From contig JBHLSH010000003.1 of NCBI GenBank assembly GCA_048881705.1, positions 37,890-101,889 on the forward strand: DNA of 64,000 bases. Reading direction: 5' to 3'. Origin of the DNA: Candidatus Heimdallarchaeota archaeon. GTDB lineage: Archaea; Asgardarchaeota; Heimdallarchaeia; Hodarchaeales; Hodarchaeaceae. Every line of letters starts with the position of its first letter. Positions within the stretch are counted from its first letter, which is position 1. The notes beneath the pieces are model-generated. The model had not been told where the DNA came from. It searched no databases and was given only the letters and a program-made list of their open reading frames with translations. The translations under genes and the position numbers were made by a program. Shown here piece after piece: positions 47,939-57,991 of this stretch.

Positions 47939-50209
47939 CTACACGAATGTCCTTTCTTCGTTTGAATAATCCGAAATTCGGTGTTTTTTCATCGCTTCTA
48001 CCTCTACCTCAAAATACTTGACTATATTCTCGTTAATACTTGGCCGACACTTATCCATTGCAATGTTAAAGTCTTCAAAAGAAAGCGATCGCGATGTAAA
48101 ATCACGGCGCAATCCAGCAAATGCGGCCTCTCTACAAAGGTTTTCAATATCAGCTCCAGTGAAGTTTTCAGTCGATCTGGCAAGTTCTTTTAGGTCCACT
48201 GTCTCATCCAGCTCCATATGACGAGTGTGGACTTCAAAGATCTTTAATCGGTTTTCCATATCTGGAATAGGGACATAGATTAACCTGTCCAAGCGACCAG
48301 GACGGAGTAAAGCTGGATCAATGGCGTTAGGTCGATTTGTGGCACCGATTACATATACTCCAGTTAATTTTTCCATTCCATCCAAAGAGGCAAGAAGTTG
48401 GTTGATAATCCTGTCCCTTTCTCGGGAGGCATTGGTAAATCCTCCTCCTCGTTTGCCGGCAAGTGCGTCAAGTTCATCAAAGAAGATTATACACGGAGCC
48501 AACTGTCGTGCTCTTTGGAATAATTCTCTCACCATTCTTGCCGATTCCGAGAACCATTTAGACAATAGCTCGGGTCCACGGACCACCAAAAAATTTGCTT
48601 GGATTTCACTGGCCAATGCCTTGGCAATTAGAGTTTTACCTGTTCCCGGAGGGCCGTATAAGAGAGCACCTCGAGGCAATCGAATGTTCATTTCGTGAAA
48701 AACCTCTGGACTGCGAATAGGCCATTCAACCATCTCCCGTAGTGACTGCTTGACATCTTCCAGCCCTCCTACATCATTCCAAGAGACCAATGGAATCGAT
48801 GTTGTAATCTCTCGTGTTGCAGACGGTTTTACTTCCGTTAAAGCTGTAAAAAGGTCCTCTTGAGATAAGTGAATTTCAATGCCATGCGATTTGGGATTGT
48901 TGTCACTCTCTTCGCCTGAAACCTGATTGATTTCAGGATCTAGTAAGTTTTGTCTTTCTAAAGCGTGCATCCCCGCCATCTTTATAAGGAATTCTAGGTC
49001 TGCGGGAGTGTACCCGCCCGTATTTTTTGCTATGTCTTCTAGGTCAAGTTCCTTGGTAGGAATACCTCTAACGTGGGTTTTCAGGATTTCCAACCGATCA
49101 CGATAATTCGGGATGGGTACCGCGATTTCGATCTCAAATCTACCTGGTACTCTTAAGGCGGGATGAACGCTATCAGCATCAGTTGTTGTGGCAATAACAA
49201 TAACCTTTCGGCCACGGATGATTTTGTCCAAGTTCTGAATCAGGCTAGTTGTGGTACGTCGTTCAAGATCTGATAGGTGCCGACTAGGTGCCGGCGCAAG
49301 AGCCTCGATTTGATCGATAACGATGACTGCGGGTTCATAGTTTATAATGTGTTGAAAATACTTGTTCATATCCTTCTCCGTAGTCCACCATCCTCTAATC
49401 ATCTCAGTTGCCATGATGAAAAATCGAGTTACTCCAGATTCACAAGAGAGAGCCCGACTTAAATGACTTTTTCCTACCCCCAATGGACCTGTCAGTAAAA
49501 TTCCCTGTGCAGGTTGGATATTAAGCATTTCAAAAACCTCAGGATATCTTAGAGGTAGTTCAACGAGATTTCTTAGCCGTGAAATTAACTCAGAGTGTCC
49601 TCCTACTTCATCCCACATAACAAAGCGATCTAGTTCATCTTCTACTAGTTCCTTGGGTATTTCATTTGAAATGCGAACATCGGTTTCCGGGACAATTCTC
49701 ACTATCCCTGAAGGAGTTGTGGAAAGAATCGCGACTTTAAGATCTCTTCCCCCGAGTAGCCGCCGTAGCTCAATTGTTTGCCCTCTAATCACTGGTCGAT
49801 CTAGTAAATATTCAATGAATACTTTATCCTTGTCTTCCATACTATAAGTGCTTATTAGTACCTTTTTGGCTTCAGGACAAGCAGTCTTATCTAAGAAAAC
49901 CTTCTGGCCAATTCCTACACCGAGATTTGCTCGAAGGAATCCATTTAGGTGCAGAATGAGATCGCCCGTCTGTCGGATTGATCGTTGAGGTGCAGGGTAG
50001 AGAGGTACTTCCGGTAACTGGGAGGGGACATTAATTTCCTCCAAAGGTTTCAGCAGGATCCCTACTTTCCTGTCCCCACTGACGACTTCTACAACCTCTC
50101 CTTCCTTGATATCAAAATCGTCAAAGCGTTTTTGGGAAATTCGGCCTATATTTTTGGCATAATCATCTTGGAAACCATCAGCCACCGTTGCAATAACCAC
50201 TAATGTCAC
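47939..50209 (-). CDS. CDC48-like AAA+ ATPase, degenerate D1 / intact D2
   Basis: CDC48-type N-domain. D1 GPLGVGKS, IVIDQIE, ALRVPGRF. D2 GPPGTGKT, IFFDELD, LLRPGRLD. Confidence 0.92.
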   Translation of the reverse strand: MTLVVIATVADGFQDDYAKNIGRISQKRFDDFDIKEGEVVEVVSGDRKVGILLKPLEEINVPSQLPEVPLYPAPQRSIRQTGDLILHLNGFLRANLGVGIGQKVFLDKTACPEAKKVLISTYSMEDKDKVFIEYLLDRPVIRGQTIELRRLLGGRDLKVAILSTTPSGIVRIVPETDVRISNEIPKELVEDELDRFVMWDEVGGHSELISRLRNLVELPLRYPEVFEMLNIQPAQGILLTGPLGVGKSHLSRALSCESGVTRFFIMATEMIRGWWTTEKDMNKYFQHIINYEPAVIVIDQIEALAPAPSRHLSDLERRTTTSLIQNLDKIIRGRKVIVIATTTDADSVHPALRVPGRFEIEIAVPIPNYRDRLEILKTHVRGIPTKELDLEDIAKNTGGYTPADLEFLIKMAGMHALERQNLLDPEINQVSGEESDNNPKSHGIEIHLSQEDLFTALTEVKPSATREITTSIPLVSWNDVGGLEDVKQSLREMVEWPIRSPEVFHEMNIRLPRGALLYGPPGTGKTLIAKALASEIQANFLVVRGPELLSKWFSESARMVRELFQRARQLAPCIIFFDELDALAGKRGGGFTNASRERDRIINQLLASLDGMEKLTGVYVIGATNRPNAIDPALLRPGRLDRLIYVPIPDMENRLKIFEVHTRHMELDETVDLKELARSTENFTGADIENLCREAAFAGLRRDFTSRSLSFEDFNIAMDKCRPSINENIVKYFEVEVEAMKKHRISDYSNEERTFV

Positions 50210-50490
50210 CTAACAGATAGGATTCTTTATTCTTGCGTCTCAGTATAAGTTGTTGTTGGGGAAAGATCAGCAATATATTAACGTACGCCGACTATATTCA
50301 AAGTGAAATTAAGTTTTTCGAAATAAGGAGGAATCTGGGTTATTTAGCAGAATAAAAAATCCGCAGCGGATCCTTTACGTTTCCACAAGGTTTTGGATTT
50401 TTTTTTCGTTCCTGGCAACATAATCCTTTGTTAGCTCCGACTCCAAAGCAAAACTCTTTTTTCGATTTAAGATGGACTTGAAAGTCCATA

Positions 50491-51846
50491 TCAGTCTTGA
50501 GAACTGATCCTGGCCACAAAAATAAGAGTTCCGACAATTAAACTCATGATAACACCCCCAAGAAAGATTAACAACTCGATTCTTGGATTCGGATTTGACC
50601 AGGAGACATAGGCGATAAGTAGATTCAACCCTGAAAGAGATCCAAAGAGAGCTGTCAATAAATTAAGGCGGCGGGTCACTCTTTTCTCTTGGTCCAAGGC
50701 CAACAAGTTCATTTTACCTCGAATATACGATGTCGCGCCTTCAACACTTCTTTCGACACTTCTCGCAAAATCCAACCAGGAGTTAACTAGCTCCAAATTA
50801 AACTCAGGCATTAGTTTTTGAACCAGAGGATCAGATAACAGAGGGACTACGGGGCTCAAATGACCTTGCATGGAGGAGAGAGTAGGCTTAATTTTAAGAA
50901 ATTGTTCTTGAATGTCCTGAATGTTATCCAAGAGCTGACTAAGCCTTGAAACAGTTAAATGAGGATTGATAACCCTCATTTCGCTAGTAATAATTGATAA
51001 ATCATTTAGCATATTCACTAGAGTAGGTTTAATTGTCTCCCATTGTATTATGAGCCCTTTCTGCATAATAAGGGTTTCATTGATTTTTTGAAACGAGAGG
51101 GCTGGGATGTGCTCTAGGCCTGTGTTCACGATGCATCTTTCATCATCAGAAGTACTCTCATAATCTGGTGCAAGAATATCTATAACCATGTTCTCTTCTG
51201 TCTCGAAACCCAAATAATATGAGGCATAATAGGAGATCTTCTCATTTCCCGCGTTGGAATTTACCGCGAAGAACTCTGGGGGATCCATTTGAAAATTAGT
51301 ACTTAGCCACTCAAGGACATCACGAAACAATTCCCTTAATTGAGAGAAAACCGTCGCCCCAGCTCTTGACGGAAATCCAGCTAAACCGAAAACCAAGGGA
51401 TCTCGTAAAAATGAAACATTCATATCTAAAGGCCAAAAATTGTGCCTAATTGTGCAGATCCAATTTATGTGGTGTGTAAAACTGATTTCAATCGTCCACC
51501 CGTGCTTCCACTCGTAAAGTAAGCCAAGCTGCTTAGGGGGGACTTTCTCAAGCCTGAACGCCGACCGTACAATTGCCTCCGTAATTGCCGTTCTAAGGGG
51601 AACTACAATTTGAAATCCTGCCATAAAAACGCTCCCCTCATTCCAATGTGTTAACATGGATTCTAAGCCATGCTCAACAAAGATACCACAGGATGGACAA
51701 CAACTATAGCCAGTGTGAACACGCTGGGGACAGGCATCTACGGAACCCAACGAAGTGGCAACCTCACATCTCATACAACAATGTAAAAAGTCAGGATCAT
51801 TGTTGAGTCTTAATCCATGATTCCGAGACAAATCATCAAGTATCAT
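50491..51846 (-). CDS. Hypothetical membrane protein with CorA-like C-terminus (long helix + two TMs) and Cys-rich N-terminus
   Basis: RVTRRLNLLTALFGSLSGLN then a second TM; N-terminal HCCMRC...CPQRVHTGYSCCPSC. Confidence 0.65.
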   Translation of the reverse strand: MILDDLSRNHGLRLNNDPDFLHCCMRCEVATSLGSVDACPQRVHTGYSCCPSCGIFVEHGLESMLTHWNEGSVFMAGFQIVVPLRTAITEAIVRSAFRLEKVPPKQLGLLYEWKHGWTIEISFTHHINWICTIRHNFWPLDMNVSFLRDPLVFGLAGFPSRAGATVFSQLRELFRDVLEWLSTNFQMDPPEFFAVNSNAGNEKISYYASYYLGFETEENMVIDILAPDYESTSDDERCIVNTGLEHIPALSFQKINETLIMQKGLIIQWETIKPTLVNMLNDLSIITSEMRVINPHLTVSRLSQLLDNIQDIQEQFLKIKPTLSSMQGHLSPVVPLLSDPLVQKLMPEFNLELVNSWLDFARSVERSVEGATSYIRGKMNLLALDQEKRVTRRLNLLTALFGSLSGLNLLIAYVSWSNPNPRIELLIFLGGVIMSLIVGTLIFVARISSQD

Positions 51847-52090
51847 TCTTGCTCACATGGGCTACTGGACTCGTTTATTCAGCCTGATACCATAAAAGGA
51901 CCCCTAGATGCATTTACCAGACCAGATGAGTCCATTTACCCTCAACACTTTTTATTCTTATCCTCCTTGTTTTGAAATCTCTTCTCGCCCTAATTTTGAA
52001 AAAGGGCGTCCTCAACTCATTTCGAATAAAGATTTCACTACAGAAAAATATATTATAACAAATCGCGATTTTATAGAAGGTCATCCAAAA

Positions 52091-53023
52091 ATGGTACTTG
52101 AGGAGTCTTTAGGTGTTTTGTTAGCACTTTCTGCAGCTACTGCTTGGGGTGCGGCAGTAGTGATGTCAAAATCAGCATTGAAAATTGACCACTCGCTTGC
52201 CATGGTAATGGTCATTAGAGGAACTTTCGCGGTTCCATTTATCGCAACCCTTGCAATACTCGCGTTCGGTATGGAGTCAATTTTACGATTTTTTCAAGCT
52301 GATGTGTTCTGGTTAATGGTCCTCTCCTCCATTTTTGTAGGGATAGGGGATTTCTCGCTTTTTTCTGCGTTAAAACGAGTGGAGGTTTCCAAAGCTCAAC
52401 CCATTACCTCAGTATATCCCCTTTTTACCGCGATCATTCTGATTCTTTTTGGAGTGGAAACTATTACAGAATTTGTTCTCCTAGGAACATTATCTATTGT
52501 ATCTGGGGTTGCTTTGATTTCGACACAGAGGTCGTCAGTCCAAGAGCAGGGGACTTCGATCGAAACAATCGGATTATTGTTATCAATTGGAGCGGCTTTT
52601 TTTTGGAGTTTTGCAATCTTGACGCTCCGGATGGTCCTTACATTTTCTGGGGTACAAGTTCTGGGCCTGGCCACGGTGCGTTTTGCAATGATGACCATTC
52701 TAATGGCAGGCCTTTGGTTAATCCAAACATATCTGTTACCCCAATTTTCAAATAAGAAAGAAATTCGACCTTTAAACATTGGAAAAAGGGACACAATAGT
52801 TCTAGGAATCGGGGGACTTGTTACGTGGGGAATAGGCGGGGTAGCTTTCTTTTACTCAATTGATATAATCGGTGCAGCTCGTGCAACTCCAATATCATCT
52901 ATCAATCCCCTAATAGCGGTTCTCTTGGGTATTTTGATTTTAAAAGAACGTCTAACGCGGATTCATACCCTTGGAATCCTATTAGTTACCCTGGGAGTCA
53001 TTTTCATATCGATTTTCCATTAA
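52091..53023 (+). CDS. EamA/DMT family transporter (start likely ATG 52091; tracked 51908)
   Basis: About ten TMs; ALKRVEVSKAQPITSVYPLF; GAARATPISSINPLIAVLLGILILKER. Confidence 0.9.
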   Translation: MVLEESLGVLLALSAATAWGAAVVMSKSALKIDHSLAMVMVIRGTFAVPFIATLAILAFGMESILRFFQADVFWLMVLSSIFVGIGDFSLFSALKRVEVSKAQPITSVYPLFTAIILILFGVETITEFVLLGTLSIVSGVALISTQRSSVQEQGTSIETIGLLLSIGAAFFWSFAILTLRMVLTFSGVQVLGLATVRFAMMTILMAGLWLIQTYLLPQFSNKKEIRPLNIGKRDTIVLGIGGLVTWGIGGVAFFYSIDIIGAARATPISSINPLIAVLLGILILKERLTRIHTLGILLVTLGVIFISIFH

Positions 53024-53071
53024 ACAGAAGTTTGCATTCTTGTTTCTTGATCCAGAGCTGGGTTTTCATGC

Positions 53072-53674
53072 CTATTTCTGAGAGATCTTGGGGACCTTTC
53101 TGGCACTCTCAATAAACCATTTCTCACTCCGGATCTTATGGAATGCATTGCAGTCCATTATCAGAGTAGAAAGAATTGATGGTGATGATCGAGATTCCTT
53201 GAGAAACAATAAACAATCTCTAATAGTTTGTTGCAGCGGTTTTCCTTCTCTACTTAAGCCAGGACATCGTTTTAACCTTCCATCATCATCACCTAACATT
53301 TTCAAAGCAGTTTCAAGGGTTATAATGACCTTTTCATTAACAATTACTGGAAAATAAGGATAAATACGACATCTAAGAGGGCGATAGCGATGTATGGAGC
53401 AAAAAAATCCCTTATCATTGGGTTGAAAGAATGTACATCGCCTTGAACGGACATTGATTAAATATCTCTCGTTTTTTAAAGTTAGGTGTTCTTTTATATG
53501 ATCTGGGAGGTTTTCGACCTCGGATGGCAGATAATAAGCATGTCCACAGCACTTTGAACACTGATCGATACATGAGAAGTTTGCATATACCGAATCGGAT
53601 GTAAAATCAAATATGCGTTCACTATTCAACGCTATTTTCAGAATCCGCTCATTTTCCGAATTTGACACCATCAA
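53072..53674 (-). CDS. YkgJ-family cysteine-cluster protein
   Basis: CIDQCSKCC, RCTFF, CSIHRYRPLRCRIYPYF. Confidence 0.87.
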   Translation of the reverse strand: MMVSNSENERILKIALNSERIFDFTSDSVYANFSCIDQCSKCCGHAYYLPSEVENLPDHIKEHLTLKNERYLINVRSRRCTFFQPNDKGFFCSIHRYRPLRCRIYPYFPVIVNEKVIITLETALKMLGDDDGRLKRCPGLSREGKPLQQTIRDCLLFLKESRSSPSILSTLIMDCNAFHKIRSEKWFIESARKVPKISQK

Positions 53675-53695
53675 TGGACTCCTTGCTAAATCTGG

Positions 53696-54292
53696 TTATT
53701 TTCGGAACACTGGTATATGAAAAGAAAGGTTTGCATCGTACATAAATTGTGCCAAGCTTTTTCTTAAATTATCTGTAGTTAGTAGGGAAACGCAGAAGAA
53801 AGGGGAATCCCCTGTCGAATTCGAACGTTCATTTTCTTGAAACCTTTGCCTTAATGCATTACTTGAATAATTCCGAAGGTCAGTTTTATTTCCAAAAATT
53901 CCCTGATAAGTCCCATCCACTGTTCGCCGTGCCATTACAGCTTTGTACAGATCTACTCCTTCCTCTATGCTCTGGTCAGTTGATATATCGACAACAAAGA
54001 TAGTGGCAGTCACACCATGAGTCATAGGGCTCCATTCTTCATAAGAAAGTTCCTTTTCTACGATATTAATCGCTCTTAGCAGGATAGTATCCACTCTTAC
54101 CTGTTCAATAGGTCTGCTAGGAGCCATTGGGGCATTTTTATAGAAGATTCCTGAGTAGAGTCTATAAAGTAGAGATGTTTTTCCAGAATTCGGTGCACCC
54201 AGAATTATTAAAGTGGGCCATTTATCAGTTTCTTCGAAGGGGATGTCCATACCACCTGGAACAACTATTAACAGAACTTTCGATTCTTTCAT
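53696..54292 (-). CDS. Atypical Arf-like small GTPase lacking G3
   Basis: G1 GAPNSGKTS, IFVVD, G4 FGNKTD; no DxxG. Confidence 0.75.
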   Translation of the reverse strand: MKESKVLLIVVPGGMDIPFEETDKWPTLIILGAPNSGKTSLLYRLYSGIFYKNAPMAPSRPIEQVRVDTILLRAINIVEKELSYEEWSPMTHGVTATIFVVDISTDQSIEEGVDLYKAVMARRTVDGTYQGIFGNKTDLRNYSSNALRQRFQENERSNSTGDSPFFCVSLLTTDNLRKSLAQFMYDANLSFHIPVFRK

Positions 54293-54737
54293 GCCATTTA
54301 TAACAGTAGAACTCGAAATTAACCTTCTATTATGATTAATAAATGTATTGGTTCCTTTATGATACTGATTAAAGATAATGATCGATCTTCTAGAATCATT
54401 CTAGGATAATTCCCCTTTTCAGTTAATTCGGAGTCTTTCCCAGTACGTTGAAAGGAATTATGGCAGATAAGCGAGGCTTATGAAGATTGGTAGGCTCAAC
54501 ATCCAAGGAAACTGTTCCTAGCTCAAAGTTCTTAGCCAGCAACCAGGTTCAGGTCTAAATACCTATCAACTCTGTTGATCAACATAACGTATGTTTGGAG
54601 AAAGGAAATTCCCGCTTTTATGCAACCGATACTACAATTTTGTTGGATCCATTCTATGGGGAGGCACAATAACCACTTTTGATGCTAATCCTAAGAAAAA
54701 ACGCTTGAAAAGGTAATTGTGCTGATCAAGAGAAACC

Positions 54738-55994
54738 GTGGTGAGTAAAGAACCCGTAAACAGTATTAAGTATTTAGACCAAGAATCAGCTCCCATGCCT
54801 CCTAAAGTTTATTTTGGCTCTGTTCAACACGGAGTAAAGAAAAAGTTCGCATCCTTTGCTGCAAAAGTTGATCGAGTTGTGGAATTGCTTGATCTCTCAA
54901 GTATTGAGAAAGAAGATAAAGTAGTCGTGAAAATGCACCTTGGTAATGGCGATGGATATCAAACTATCCCCGTTTTCTTTATCCGCCGTATTGTTAAAGC
55001 GATTAAAGAAGCTGGCGGTTGGCCGTTTATAACAGACAGCCCTACCGCAGTATATAACGCCGCAGATCGGGGTTACACGCAAGAAACGTGCGGTTGTCCT
55101 ATCATTCCAATTACAGGAGTGAAAGACGGATATGTTGTTAAAACTCCAGTAGAATATGGACCTGTAGATAAGGTAAGTCTCGCTGGGGTGTTACATGACG
55201 CGGATGTCCTCTTTGATGTAACTCACGTAAAAGGCCATAACTCATGTGGTTTTGGAGGGGCAATCAAAAACCTTGCACTTGGCGGGTTTGCTGCTGAGAC
55301 TAGATGGAAGAAAATTCACGGAATATTTAGTTCTATCCCATTTTGGGACGCCAATAGATGTACCCCTGAACATGCGGAAAAGTTGGTTGCTTCGTGCCCT
55401 TATCAGATCATCAAATATGACCGAGAAGAACACAAGTTATCCATCAATTTCAATGGCTGCTATAATCAGAACTGTTGGGAATGCATGAAAGCAGATCAGG
55501 AATTTGGAAGCCTCAACCTAACCCAGGAGCATTTTTCTGCTTTCAATGAGTTAATGGCCGTAACATCCAAACAAGTAGTCGATACGTTCTCTGAAGATAA
55601 GCGTTTCTACTTAAGTTTCCTGCTTCAAATTACTCCCACGTGTGATTGTTGGGGTATTGGCCAACCAAACATCGTAAATGATATCGGGGTACTTGGGAGT
55701 CGTGATATTGTGGCCATTGAAACTGCCGCGCTCGATTTGATCGCGAAAGAAGGTCTTATAGAGAAAAATATCCCGCCATTTATGAAACACGTAAATCTGG
55801 AACCCAATGTAGATCTACACCCTTTTCAACGCCTGCAAGGCCCGATGAAGAATCCCTATTTGTCACCCAACTATCTTGAAAAAATAGGTGGTGGTTCAAG
55901 AGATTACGAGCTGATAGAAGTTCTTTCGCCCGAAGAAACTATGACAAGTCCTCCTCCCCAGCGTGTGACAGAAAAAGCTCCAACTTTCTTTTAA
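54738..55994 (+). CDS. DUF362 Fe-S protein
   Basis: VVVKMHLG, THVKGHNSCGFGGAIKNLALG, TPTCDCWG, DIGVLGSRDIVAIE. Confidence 0.88.
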   Translation: MVSKEPVNSIKYLDQESAPMPPKVYFGSVQHGVKKKFASFAAKVDRVVELLDLSSIEKEDKVVVKMHLGNGDGYQTIPVFFIRRIVKAIKEAGGWPFITDSPTAVYNAADRGYTQETCGCPIIPITGVKDGYVVKTPVEYGPVDKVSLAGVLHDADVLFDVTHVKGHNSCGFGGAIKNLALGGFAAETRWKKIHGIFSSIPFWDANRCTPEHAEKLVASCPYQIIKYDREEHKLSINFNGCYNQNCWECMKADQEFGSLNLTQEHFSAFNELMAVTSKQVVDTFSEDKRFYLSFLLQITPTCDCWGIGQPNIVNDIGVLGSRDIVAIETAALDLIAKEGLIEKNIPPFMKHVNLEPNVDLHPFQRLQGPMKNPYLSPNYLEKIGGGSRDYELIEVLSPEETMTSPPPQRVTEKAPTFF

Positions 55995-56026
55995 GGCCAA
56001 AAAAAGGATTAATCTGTGTATTCGAA

Positions 56027-57991
56027 CTATAGCATGTCCTTTATTTGTTCGAAATAATCCAGAGATTCTGGATTTTGAAGGGCATCCCGGTTCAAAACCG
56101 GCCTTCCATGGATAATATTCGCTATAGATATTTCTACTTTTTTCCCTGAAAACGTGTATGGAATATCTGGTGTCTCTAATATGAGGGCCGGTACATGTCG
56201 AGGTGAACCTTTGGTTCTTAATTCGGACACTATCTTTTTCTTCAAATCCTCATTGAGTTCCTGTCCTTCGGTTAACCTAACAAAAAGAATTACGCGTTGA
56301 TCACCTTTCCAGTTTTGGCCAATGGCTACGCTGTCAACGATTTCAGGCAATGATTCCACTATATTGTATATCTCTGCGGTTCCAATTCGAACACCACTTG
56401 GTTTTAGAACGGCATCTGACCTTCCATAAAACGTAACACCCCCTGTTTTGCTGTTTATAACGATATAATCTCCATGTCGCCATACATTTTTGTTTTGAGA
56501 TTTATAGAAGTCAAAATAAGCAGCGCGATACTTTATGTTGTGCGGATCATCCCAAAAGTACAGCGGCATACTAGGTGATGGAGCCTCGCATATTAGTTCA
56601 GCCTGCTGATCAAACACGGGTTCTCCTTTTTCATTATAAGCAAAAACTCTCATTCCCAATCCGCGAGCTTGTAGTTCGCCAGCGTAGACGGGGAGAGTAG
56701 GGCTCCCGGCTGCAAAGCAACCGTTGATATCTGTTCCACCTGAAATCGAATTAAAATGAAGGTCGGGTTTTACATGATCATATACCCACTCCATCCCTTC
56801 TGCAGAGAGTGGAGATGCAGTTTGCGAGATTTCACGGAGCGAAGCCAAATCATACCTTTTCCCAGGTGCGGCCTTAATACTCATCAGATAGTTGATATAA
56901 CTCGCACTACAACCCAATATAGAGATTTGCTCTTTCTGAACTAGCTCCCACATTCTCCCCCAATCAGGGTATAAAGGGTTTCCATCATATAAGATCACCG
57001 TAGCTCCGACTGCTAGTGAGCTGATAAGCCAATTCCACATCATCCACGACGGACTTGTGATATAGCAGATTCGATCTTTACGTTTAAGGTCTGTGTGGAT
57101 AACTAGCTCCTTAAGATGATTTATCAACACCCCAACGCCTTGTACCATGCATTTGGGTTTTCCTGTTGTTCCTGATGAAAACATAATATAGATTGGATGA
57201 TCGAATGGTAATTGTTCAAACGTTATTTGATCAGTGAGCGAAGTTGAGAGCCGAAACTCCTTCTCAAGGACACAATTTTTAATAGAACTGATATCAAGGC
57301 TTTTTTCAACATAGGGTACAATGATGGTTTTCTGAAGCGAAGGGAGTCCATTTACAATTTGTTCAACCTTGGATATGTTAGAGAACTTTCTATCCTTGTA
57401 AAAATAGCCATCAGCAGCGAATAATATTACAGGTTTAATTTGACCAAATCTATCCAGAACTGCTTGAGAACCCAGTTCCGCTCCGCACGAAGACCAGATT
57501 GCGCCAAGGCTAGTGGCTGCTAACATAGCTATAGCGGTCTCAGGTAGATTGGGCATATATCCCCCTACTCTGTCTCCTGGATTAACTCCAAAATCCCTTA
57601 AGGCAGCAGCTAATGTTGCTACTTTCTTGTATAGTTCCTTATAGGTTATTTGGGATGATTTTCGATTTTCTCCGTGAAATATAAAGGCCAATTGGTCGTC
57701 ACGAAAGCGTAAAAGATTTTCTGCGAAATTCAATTTGGCCCCAGGAAACCAAGCTGCTCCAGGGAATTTTGACAGGTCATCTACCACCGTAGTGTATTTT
57801 CTAGAATATATTATATCCCCAAATTTCCACACGGCCTCCCAAAATTCCGGAATATTGTTAATAGACCAATCGTAGAGTGAGCTATACGTTTCGAGGCTCA
57901 GATTGTACTCTGCATTTACCATCTTAACAAAACGTCTAATATTCGCCTCTTCTATCGTTTTTTCAGAAGGTTTCCAGAGTAAATTGTTCAT
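56027..57991 (-). CDS. Acetoacetate-CoA ligase
   Basis: WFPGAKLNFAENLL, FSSGTTGKPKC, SISGGTD, WRHGD, GRSDAVLKPSGVRIGTAEIY, SGKKVE. Confidence 0.93.
   Translation of the reverse strand: MNNLLWKPSEKTIEEANIRRFVKMVNAEYNLSLETYSSLYDWSINNIPEFWEAVWKFGDIIYSRKYTTVVDDLSKFPGAAWFPGAKLNFAENLLRFRDDQLAFIFHGENRKSSQITYKELYKKVATLAAALRDFGVNPGDRVGGYMPNLPETAIAMLAATSLGAIWSSCGAELGSQAVLDRFGQIKPVILFAADGYFYKDRKFSNISKVEQIVNGLPSLQKTIIVPYVEKSLDISSIKNCVLEKEFRLSTSLTDQITFEQLPFDHPIYIMFSSGTTGKPKCMVQGVGVLINHLKELVIHTDLKRKDRICYITSPSWMMWNWLISSLAVGATVILYDGNPLYPDWGRMWELVQKEQISILGCSASYINYLMSIKAAPGKRYDLASLREISQTASPLSAEGMEWVYDHVKPDLHFNSISGGTDINGCFAAGSPTLPVYAGELQARGLGMRVFAYNEKGEPVFDQQAELICEAPSPSMPLYFWDDPHNIKYRAAYFDFYKSQNKNVWRHGDYIVINSKTGGVTFYGRSDAVLKPSGVRIGTAEIYNIVESLPEIVDSVAIGQNWKGDQRVILFVRLTEGQELNEDLKKKIVSELRTKGSPRHVPALILETPDIPYTFSGKKVEISIANIIHGRPVLNRDALQNPESLDYFEQIKDML

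Noticed and set aside
50340-50537. 65-aa ORF upstream of the CDC48 pair, and the ATCCGCAGCGGAT palindrome at 50359-50371
   Set aside because: The ORF overlaps the 3' end of the CorA-like gene and runs through an A/T tract; a single short palindrome is too weak without a second copy.
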